Positions 57,505 through 64,000 of a stretch of DNA of 64,000 nucleotides are shown in pieces (positions within the stretch are counted from its first letter, which is position 1; each line of letters starts with the position of its first letter). A model generated the notes under the pieces. It worked only from the letters and a program-made list of their open reading frames with translations, ran no database searches and had not been told where the DNA came from. Location of the stretch: the NCBI GenBank assembly GCA_046733535.1, contig JBKPPH010000055.1, forward strand, positions 285 to 64,284. The letters are read 5' to 3'. The stretch is from Acidobacteriota bacterium. GTDB taxonomy: Bacteria; Acidobacteriota; Blastocatellia; Pyrinomonadales; Pyrinomonadaceae. A program made the translations under genes and the position numbers.

Positions 57505-58804
57505 TCAACCTTTGTTCGATCTCTTCCATGCGGGCGCGTAAGCGGTCTTCATCGACATTGCTTACGCGCCCGTTCCGATATACCTCATTACCAGCTATGA
57601 CCGTCAGGATCACATCGCGCCCCGATGACGCAAAGATCAACGTCGCAACAGGATCGTAGGTCGGCACCTGATGCGCGCCCGTTAACGAGACAACCGCGAG
57701 GTCAGCCGGCGCGCCCTCTTTCAATTCCCCTCCGAACGTCGCAACGCTAAGCGCGTGTTCGGCAGTGATAAGTGCCCCGGCTGCGCGCGATAACAGAGTC
57801 GCGAATCGCGCTTCTTCCAGAATGTCGCACGTGTTGTTGCTCGCGACCGAATCACTTCCCAGCCCAACTGCAATCCCTGCCTCGAGAAACTTCGCAAACG
57901 GCGCGCGTCCATGGCCCAGCTTCGCATTCGATTTCGGACAATGCGCCACGGTGGCGCCCGAGCTGCGCAAAGTGTCGATGTCGACGTCGTCAACTCGAAT
58001 GCAATGGGCCAACAGTGGGCGAGTATCGAGTATGCCCGTCTGCTTCAAGTATTGAATCGTTGAAACCGCCGGCGACTGCCACTCGATCGAGCGGCGCGCC
58101 AAACCTTCAGCAAACGGTCCGCAGCCCGTGCGCAGAAGCTGATCTTCAGCCTCCGACTCCGCCGCGTGCATCATTACTGGCAGTCGTTCCGCGTGGGCGA
58201 ATTCCGCGATCATTTGGAGTTGCGAAGCGCAAACCGTGTACGGCGAGTGTGGGGAAACGCCCGCACGCACAAGGTCATTCTCGACGCTACGAAGCTGATC
58301 CACCTTGCTCTTCAACTTGTCAAAGTTTTCATTCGCCAAACGCGCATCCGGCCCAAACGATTCCTGGTAAACAACTCCACGCAACCCAACCTCGCGCAGC
58401 GCCATCATGGTCATCATCGCCGAGTCGCTGGCGTCGCCCACGCACGTTATCCCTGCACGCACCGCTTCACACGCGCCCCACGTCGCCGACACGCGAATGT
58501 CATCGGGCGTCATGCGCTCGAGTCGAGCGAGCGTCAGCTTCCTGAGCCACGCGAAGAAATCCGGTTCCTCGTTTTCGAGATAGCCGCGCAACGCGGTGAG
58601 TTCGAGATGTGTGTGAGTATTGACCAGCCCGGGAAGAATAACCGCCTCGCCGAGAAGCACAACACAAAACTCAGGAAACCTCGCGACGATCTCCGCGCGT
58701 GGTCCAACGCCCACGATGTGTGTTCCCTCGACTGCGACGGCGCCGTTCTCGATCGGCGGCGCTGCAACAGGAAGCACCCAACGCGCAGAATAAATCGTGG
58801 TCAT
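57494..58804 (-). CDS. Amidohydrolase (chlorohydrolase / nucleoside-base deaminase family)
   Basis: ILPGLVNTHTHLELT (HxH), MHAAES, LGSDS. 436 aa. Confidence 0.75.
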   Translation of the reverse strand: MTTIYSARWVLPVAAPPIENGAVAVEGTHIVGVGPRAEIVARFPEFCVVLLGEAVILPGLVNTHTHLELTALRGYLENEEPDFFAWLRKLTLARLERMTPDDIRVSATWGACEAVRAGITCVGDASDSAMMTMMALREVGLRGVVYQESFGPDARLANENFDKLKSKVDQLRSVENDLVRAGVSPHSPYTVCASQLQMIAEFAHAERLPVMMHAAESEAEDQLLRTGCGPFAEGLARRSIEWQSPAVSTIQYLKQTGILDTRPLLAHCIRVDDVDIDTLRSSGATVAHCPKSNAKLGHGRAPFAKFLEAGIAVGLGSDSVASNNTCDILEEARFATLLSRAAGALITAEHALSVATFGGELKEGAPADLAVVSLTGAHQVPTYDPVATLIFASSGRDVILTVIAGNEVYRNGRVSNVDEDRLRARMEEIEQRLSRR

Positions 58805-59409
58805 TTGGCGGGAGAAGTTTCCTGGAGAACAGCGCTCGACGTTCTTGAGCTCTTGACTTCGCGATAACGTTGCATGATCGAAATCACGTAGGCCTTCGTC
58901 GAAGGAATGTCGATCCGGTTGATGAAATCAGCGCCCGACTGAGTTGTTCCGGCGCCATCGACACGGTTCCACTCAACCGCTCGGCTTGGTCCCGCGTTGT
59001 AAGCGGCGATCATTCTCACTTCAGCTTCGGGCGCGTCTCGAAACTGCTCGTAGATCTTTTCGAGGTACCAACACCCGATCTGAATGTTGCGTTCCGGATC
59101 GCGGAGTAGACTTTCGGGATCGGAATTCATTTGTGACTGGAGTTCACGCATGCCGGTTTCGGTGGCCCATTCACGGCCCACGGTGGGAGTGACTTGCATG
59201 AGACCGATCTCGCCATCGCGGCCCGTCTTCCACGGGCTGAAGTAAGTCTCTTCGTAGATGATGCTCCAAACGAGATCGGGATCGACGCGATAGATGGCTG
59301 CTTGCCGGGCGATCAGGGAATCGAAGCGGTGGGTCCAGTAACGATTGAAAGCGTAAGCGGCAAGAAGCAGTGTGAGGACCAGGAAAATAACGACAATCGC
59401 GCGTCTCAT
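58801..59409 (-). CDS. Lytic transglycosylase (SLT domain) with N-terminal anchor
   Basis: EIGLMQVTP..AYNAGPSRAVEW. The stop overlaps the downstream start (ATGA). Confidence 0.8.
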   Translation of the reverse strand: MRRAIVVIFLVLTLLLAAYAFNRYWTHRFDSLIARQAAIYRVDPDLVWSIIYEETYFSPWKTGRDGEIGLMQVTPTVGREWATETGMRELQSQMNSDPESLLRDPERNIQIGCWYLEKIYEQFRDAPEAEVRMIAAYNAGPSRAVEWNRVDGAGTTQSGADFINRIDIPSTKAYVISIMQRYREVKSSRTSSAVLQETSPAK

Positions 59410-59417
59410 AGTGTTTC

Positions 59418-59479
59418 GCCACAGATTTACACGGATTTACACCGGATCTGACCTGTGTAAATCCGTGTAAATCTGTGGC
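59418..59479. repeat. Family 1 palindromic element, perfect 25-nt arms
   Basis: GCCACAGATTTACACGGATTTACAC, CGGATCTGACCT, GTGTAAATCCGTGTAAATCTGTGGC. Confidence 0.9.
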
Positions 59480-59480
59480 T

Positions 59481-60269
59481 TCAATTTCTTCGTCTCAGTC
59501 CGCTCCAGAAACTCGCGCGCGAGCAGGTGTAATCAACGCCCTCATAACGTGAGCGCAGCGCGTGTTCGTCGAGCACGTGTCCCTGAAGCCAAACCTCGGC
59601 GTCGAGAGTGGCGCCGACAGTCAATGAGTCGCCGCGCAGGGCGCGTTGGTTGACGAGCACTTCGAGCTTGATGCGTTCGAGATCGAGGTGAATCCAGAAG
59701 AGCTCGCCTCCCGAAAGCGGGTTCTTCAAAGGTTTGAAGGCAATCACGCGGCCCGACAAACTCCAATCGTTCTCGTGTGCCGCGCGCGCGGGCGCGGCCT
59801 TTTCGAGTGGCGTCCAACGCGTCTTCGTTTTTCCGCGGCGCACGCGCGCGCGATAAGCCAGACCACAAAGACCGATGTGCAGCTCCTGCGCGCCAAAGCC
59901 GGCTGGACCAACCTCGGTGAGATTTTGTAACTCGAAGAGAACTTCGCAATCGGTGCCTTCGCGATAGCCGTGGATGATGGCCTCGCCTTCTTCGTCGTAT
60001 TCGGTCAGTGCCCACGGCGCGATCGTTTGAGTGTAGCGAGCACGAAATCCCGGACGGCAGTCGGCGTAAAAAAGATCGCCGCTGCCTGATTCATAAAGGA
60101 CGGTCCAAACTTCGAGTCCTTCTCCGAGTTTCCAACAGCGCCCGTGCAAGACAGCGCCGCGCCTGTTGAGTTGTGTAGGCTCGCCCTGGTCCCCTGCTCG
60201 CTCTGCGAGATAGTTAAAGGCCTTCTCGCTGGCAACTTCTAAACCGATCGTCTGAAAAGTAGGGTTCAT
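59481..60269 (-). CDS. Hypothetical protein (262 aa, no domain recognised)
   Basis: The ORF fills the gap and lies 17 nt downstream of the preceding small ORF on the same strand. Confidence 0.5.
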   Translation of the reverse strand: MNPTFQTIGLEVASEKAFNYLAERAGDQGEPTQLNRRGAVLHGRCWKLGEGLEVWTVLYESGSGDLFYADCRPGFRARYTQTIAPWALTEYDEEGEAIIHGYREGTDCEVLFELQNLTEVGPAGFGAQELHIGLCGLAYRARVRRGKTKTRWTPLEKAAPARAAHENDWSLSGRVIAFKPLKNPLSGGELFWIHLDLERIKLEVLVNQRALRGDSLTVGATLDAEVWLQGHVLDEHALRSRYEGVDYTCSRASFWSGLRRRN

Positions 60270-60286
60270 AGTTTACTTGCCGGGTA

Positions 60287-60514
60287 TTATTGCGCGCTGC
60301 GCTTGCGCTGTCTATGCTTCGCGGGCTTGCCGTTACCATTCTCAGCGCGCGGCGCGCGTGACCTGAAGCCGCGGATGACACGCTGTGGTCCATGTGACGG
60401 TTGCATTCCGGAGCGCACCATCTCGGCAAACAGATCGACATCGTAGTCAGCCTCGCGCGACATCTCCTCGCGAATCGCATGCAGCACTTCGAGAAATTTT
60501 GGACGACGATACAT
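60287..60514 (-). CDS. Small protein with basic tail, possible antitoxin-like partner of the PIN protein
   Basis: MYRRPKFLEVLHAIREEMSREADYDVDLFAEMVRSG.. followed by an Arg/Lys-rich tail. The start is taken at ATG 60514. The functional call is weak. Confidence 0.4.
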   Translation of the reverse strand: MYRRPKFLEVLHAIREEMSREADYDVDLFAEMVRSGMQPSHGPQRVIRGFRSRAPRAENGNGKPAKHRQRKRSAQ

Positions 60515-60523
60515 AAGACATTT

Positions 60524-60590
60524 CCAATTGCCGATTGCCGATTGCGGATTGTCCGACTCTTTCAATCGGCAATTGGCAATCGGCAATCGG
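60524..60590. repeat. 7-nt-periodic TTGCCGA palindromic element (family 4)
   Basis: CCAATTGCCGATTGCCGATTGCGGATTG, TCCGACTCTTT, CAATCGGCAATTGGCAATCGGCAATCGG. 28-nt arms with 3 mismatches. Confidence 0.85.
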
Positions 60591-60593
60591 AAA

Positions 60594-61070
60594 TCAAGTC
60601 ACCTTCTCAGTGGCCTCCGACACCAAAAACTCCGGCGTGACGATCATCGGCACATAAAACCCTGCCGCGGTATTGAACAGCTTGATTCGTGCCTGCCGGC
60701 GCACGTTCGCAAGATGCCCGAAATTCCACGTCACGAGGTAATCGATCTTGTGAACCGACGCAACCGCCACGTGCAGCGCGTCGGCAATGTACTTGCGATG
60801 AAAGATCCCGCGCGCGATATAACCTTCCGCGAGTATGGCCGCCTCTTCAGTGAGATCGACCTGTTCCAGATCGCGTATGAGTTTCAGGTACGAAGTGCGA
60901 TGCGGCTCTTTCAAACGGCCCAACTCAGATGCGACTAACGGCGAGATCACCGTGCGGTAGTCGGGCATCTCGTGTTCCCACCATCTGATCGTCAAGTCGC
61001 GCCGGAATGGTTCTCCGTTGTCGAGATACGCGCCGATCACCGACGTCTCCAAATAAAGACCTTGCTTCAT
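60594..61070 (-). CDS. PIN-domain protein (VapC-like fold, variant acidic residues)
   Basis: LYLETSVIGAY.., SPLVASEL.., ADALHVAVA.., LVTWNFGH. This is the spacing of the four PIN acidic positions, read here as E, E, D, N. Confidence 0.6.
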   Translation of the reverse strand: MKQGLYLETSVIGAYLDNGEPFRRDLTIRWWEHEMPDYRTVISPLVASELGRLKEPHRTSYLKLIRDLEQVDLTEEAAILAEGYIARGIFHRKYIADALHVAVASVHKIDYLVTWNFGHLANVRRQARIKLFNTAAGFYVPMIVTPEFLVSEATEKVT

Positions 61071-62716
61071 GGAGTAAATACCACTTCCGGATTGATTGTT
61101 TCGGCGCTCCTGGGTTTTTGATTCAACGGTTCCAAACGCATTGCCCCCCTTGCGAAGTCAAAATATATACGAAAGTGCCGCAGGAAGTTACCACCGAGAA
61201 TACCGCTTTGCGTGAATCCCGCGGTCTCATTTACCGGTTCCATATCGAGCACCGCGGCGTTGATCTTCTCTAGTTTACCCAAACCGAGACTCAACCGCGG
61301 CAACTGCAACAGCTTCACGTCCTCTGTCACTCCAGCAGCGCCAAACACACGCATCTTCGACGGCTGTAGCAGATCGAGAAGCTGTTGTTCCTGCGAAAGC
61401 TTTTCGGAAATCACCGTGATACTCGCTGCGGTATCAATAATAAAGTTGACGTTCTTGTCAAAGCCCTCGAGACCGACTTCGCCACTCAAGAACCCACTCG
61501 ACGTAGTCCGCAGCGGAACTTCGATCGCGACGTCATTCGGCAAAACAGGTAAGAGGCTTTGAACTCCCTCGGGACGTCGCACCATGGTCCACGACTCGAG
61601 ATCATTCGTCTGATGCTGGCGCACGAGAGACATGCGTCTCGTGCCGTAGTCGAGCGAAGTCAGAAACTTCGAAACGACTGACAAGCCAAGATAGCCGTCG
61701 ACGGGTATGTGGGTGTCGAAAAACTTTCGGATGTAGACCGGAATGTTTTCGATCTTGGCGGTACCAATCTCGATCGAGCTGACAAAGCCATAGACGATCT
61801 CGAATTTTCCGCCGCCACCGACGGCGCGCGCCATGCCGCCTCTCGCAATCGGTTTGATACCGAGACGCTTGGCTGTTTCATCCGAGATGACCGACATCCC
61901 CGATCCGGTGTCGAGCACGAAACGTAGCGGATCTTTCTGTCCATTCACGCGCACCTGAAGAATCGGACGATTGTCAGTGGCTTCAAAAGAAATTGACGAG
62001 CGGTTCTCACCCGTCGGAACGTAAAGCGAACCTTGCTTGCCGAGATAACGGAGAAACTCGATCAGTCCGAGAATGCGAGCGCGCCGATCGTAATCAGTCT
62101 TCGGCGAGATCATCAAAAACCGTTCGTATGCATCTGCCGCCTCTTTGTACCGCTCGCTGCGCGCGGCTGCCTGGCCCAGGTTGAAAACAAAGTCGGGCTC
62201 TTCGGGATCCATGCTCACGGCTTTACGCAGTTGCGGTAGCGCGAGCGACAAACGGTTCTCGTAAAAGTCGACCATCGCCAGACCAGCGACGGCCAGCGAT
62301 TCATTCTCGTTGAGGGCCAGTGCCGTCTTGAACTCCTCGATCGAAAGTCGAAACTCCCCGGCGCCGAGAATGGCGGTGCCGAGCAACGCATGCGCGCGCG
62401 CCGAGAGCGGATTGACCATGAGCACTCGCGCAGCGTGGTCGTACGCGGCCTGCAGGCTTCTCTGTTTCAGCAGCGCAAGACTCAGACCGAGGCGGGCCTC
62501 GACGTCCTGCGCGTCTTTGTTGAGCAAGTCGCGAAAGATCTTCTCAGCCTCCGGAAAGTCGCCTTTGCGTACCGCTCGATAACCTTTGTTGTAAGCCTTC
62601 TTGTCGGAAGTGGCGGCGGCGGAATGCGTCGCACCGGCAAAGGCAAAACAAAGCATGAAGGCGGCCACAGTGAAGGCCGCCATCCGGGAAAGACTCCGCT
62701 TGGTGTTAGATTGCAT
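61067..62716 (-). CDS. Secreted TPR protein with two retropepsin-like aspartyl-protease domains
   Basis: Signal peptide, TPR repeats, then FVLDTGSGMSVIS and FIIDTAASITVIS (two D-T/S-G-type motifs). Confidence 0.7.
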   Translation of the reverse strand: MQSNTKRSLSRMAAFTVAAFMLCFAFAGATHSAAATSDKKAYNKGYRAVRKGDFPEAEKIFRDLLNKDAQDVEARLGLSLALLKQRSLQAAYDHAARVLMVNPLSARAHALLGTAILGAGEFRLSIEEFKTALALNENESLAVAGLAMVDFYENRLSLALPQLRKAVSMDPEEPDFVFNLGQAAARSERYKEAADAYERFLMISPKTDYDRRARILGLIEFLRYLGKQGSLYVPTGENRSSISFEATDNRPILQVRVNGQKDPLRFVLDTGSGMSVISDETAKRLGIKPIARGGMARAVGGGGKFEIVYGFVSSIEIGTAKIENIPVYIRKFFDTHIPVDGYLGLSVVSKFLTSLDYGTRRMSLVRQHQTNDLESWTMVRRPEGVQSLLPVLPNDVAIEVPLRTTSSGFLSGEVGLEGFDKNVNFIIDTAASITVISEKLSQEQQLLDLLQPSKMRVFGAAGVTEDVKLLQLPRLSLGLGKLEKINAAVLDMEPVNETAGFTQSGILGGNFLRHFRIYFDFARGAMRLEPLNQKPRSAETINPEVVFTP

Positions 62717-62760
62717 AGTGCACCTTGCTCAACTCATTCTGTGCCTTTTGTGCCTGTTGC

Positions 62761-63429
62761 CTACTTCAAAACTTCTCCGGTCTTCATGGACCAGAGAACA
62801 AGATCGAGCTCGTCGAAATCTACACCGATGTCGCGAGCAAACCCAACCAGTTGCTGCTCAACTTCGAGATACTTCTTTCGCGTCGAAGGCGGCTTGGCTG
62901 CATCGATGACTCCGATTTCAGCCAAACATCGCATCACGTGTTTATCAAGTATCGCGTGACCCTTCACGCCGATGTTTCGCAGGAAGTGGCTGGCTTCTTT
63001 GTAACCCAACCCTTTGACTTGCTTTTCCTGGGCCAGCCAGTCGCGGCGTTCAAACGGATCTGAGAAACTGCGCAAACGTTTGCGCAGCGCCATACCGCAG
63101 TCGGCATGAAAATAGTTTCTGGTACTAACAATGTAACGCGGCCGCGCCACGGGAAAACGATGCGCGCCGTTTTCCTTCAACGCGGCGGTCATCGACTCAG
63201 AGTCGCCGTCAAGCAGCAACGATCGAACGGCGGCAACGGAATTGAGTCCCATGCGAGCAGAGGCGCCGGCAGTGAAAATACAGTAGGCCAGTTCTTCCCA
63301 AAGCCGCGCGTCGGATCCTCTGCGCCAAACGTCTTCAAACTCACGGAGCCGCTTCCGAATTTCTTTACGTCGTGCTCTGTGAGTGGCAACCACTTTTTCA
63401 ACTGTGACGGGTTCTTGATTGCGTTGCAC
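62761..63429 (-). CDS. Ogg2-type 8-oxoguanine DNA glycosylase/lyase (HhH-GPD)
   Basis: LGYKEASHFLRNIGVKGHAILDKHV is the characteristic HhH/Lys-Asp region of archaeal-type OGG. 222 aa. Confidence 0.7.
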   Translation of the reverse strand: MQRNQEPVTVEKVVATHRARRKEIRKRLREFEDVWRRGSDARLWEELAYCIFTAGASARMGLNSVAAVRSLLLDGDSESMTAALKENGAHRFPVARPRYIVSTRNYFHADCGMALRKRLRSFSDPFERRDWLAQEKQVKGLGYKEASHFLRNIGVKGHAILDKHVMRCLAEIGVIDAAKPPSTRKKYLEVEQQLVGFARDIGVDFDELDLVLWSMKTGEVLK

Positions 63430-63492
63430 TGTAGTTTGTCAACACCGCGATTCTATGAGCGGGTCGGAGGCTTGTCAACGAGTTGGGAGTTT

Positions 63493-63557
63493 GCCGCAGA
63501 TAAACGCGGATGACGCAGATTTCTTTCCAATCTGCGTCATCCGCGTTTATCTGCGGC
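63493..63557. repeat. Family 1 palindromic element, perfect 28-nt arms
   Basis: GCCGCAGATAAACGCGGATGACGCAGAT, TTCTTTCCA, ATCTGCGTCATCCGCGTTTATCTGCGGC. Confidence 0.92.
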
Positions 63558-63656
63558 AAAAAAATTTCACCCTTTCAACGCCAAAGTTCGCTATGATGAT
63601 TTGCGGCATCCCGGTTTGGCACCTGAGCATCAAAGTGCTCTCCTCACAATCCCATT

Positions 63657-64000
63657 ATGACTTGTAGCCGATTAAAAAAAGAGCTGGCGCTGGTGCTGAC
63701 GATTATCGCGCTGACGCTGATTGCGCTTTGCCGCACGAGTTATGCCCAGCAACCAGAAGCTTCGCCGCAAGCTTCTCCTGAGGCGTCACCAGCGGAGACC
63801 GGGAGACCGCTCTACGGACTCCAGGGAGTGCTGATCGAAACGCTCGACGGCAAAGTTGTTTCCTCACAAGCCGAGAACGAACAGTTCAATCCCGCCTCGA
63901 CAATGAAACTCGCGACCGCTCTCGTTGCCCTACGCACGCTTGGACCAGACCACCGCTTCGCAACAGGCGTGTGGACTGATGGAGTGCTCGATAAAGCTAC
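63657..64000 (+). CDS. D-Ala-D-Ala carboxypeptidase/endopeptidase (PBP4/S13-like), N-terminal fragment running off the right edge
   Basis: Hand translation from ATG 63657 gives MTCSRLKKELALVLTIIALTLIALCRTSYAQQ..EQFNPASTMKLATALVALRTLGPDHRF (SxxK motif STMK). It is not in the ORF track because no stop lies in the window. Confidence 0.65.
   Translation, partial: MTCSRLKKELALVLTIIALTLIALCRTSYAQQPEASPQASPEASPAETGRPLYGLQGVLIETLDGKVVSSQAENEQFNPASTMKLATALVALRTLGPDHRFATGVWTDGVLDKA

Overview
This is a 64-kb, GC-rich, densely coding chromosomal segment. I support about 60 protein genes, tRNA-Leu(TAG), tRNA-Lys(TTT) and a duplicated 40-nt tRNA-Lys 3-prime end. I saw no rRNA, no CRISPR array, and no transposase, integrase or phage gene.

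Gene content suggests an Acidobacteriota-like soil bacterium (inference). It includes two tandem VWFA-related Acidobacterial-domain paralogs, a PEP-CTERM protein, a BlaI/BlaR1 pair, a CadC-like wHTH-TPR regulator, a BNR/sortilin-like protein and many secreted hydrolases.

A conserved housekeeping block runs tRNA-Leu, tig, clpP, clpX, lon, a hypothetical gene, engB, rho, glgA, purA, tRNA-Lys (11.4-23.3 kb). The rest is mostly metabolic, transport and secreted-enzyme genes.

Candidates worth a second look:
1. A TIR-like / Asp-less receiver / TIR protein whose stop overlaps the start of a membrane-anchored LuxR regulator (758-2913). This is my best candidate for an undescribed system.
2. A 1085-aa patatin-like phospholipase whose Ser and Asp catalytic motifs are separated by a polytopic membrane domain (36780-40037).
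3. A secreted lysyl-oxidase-like copper enzyme (28664-29518).
4. A 1.1-kb islet bracketed by tRNA-Lys and a copy of its 3-prime end (23254-24441).
5. Several families of intergenic palindromic repeats. The main one is a 10-nt-periodic CRCRGAT hairpin at 15 loci, and some copies supply stop codons to flanking genes.

All coordinates, motifs and repeat alignments were worked out by hand from the sequence and ORF track. No database search was run, so family names are recognition-based.
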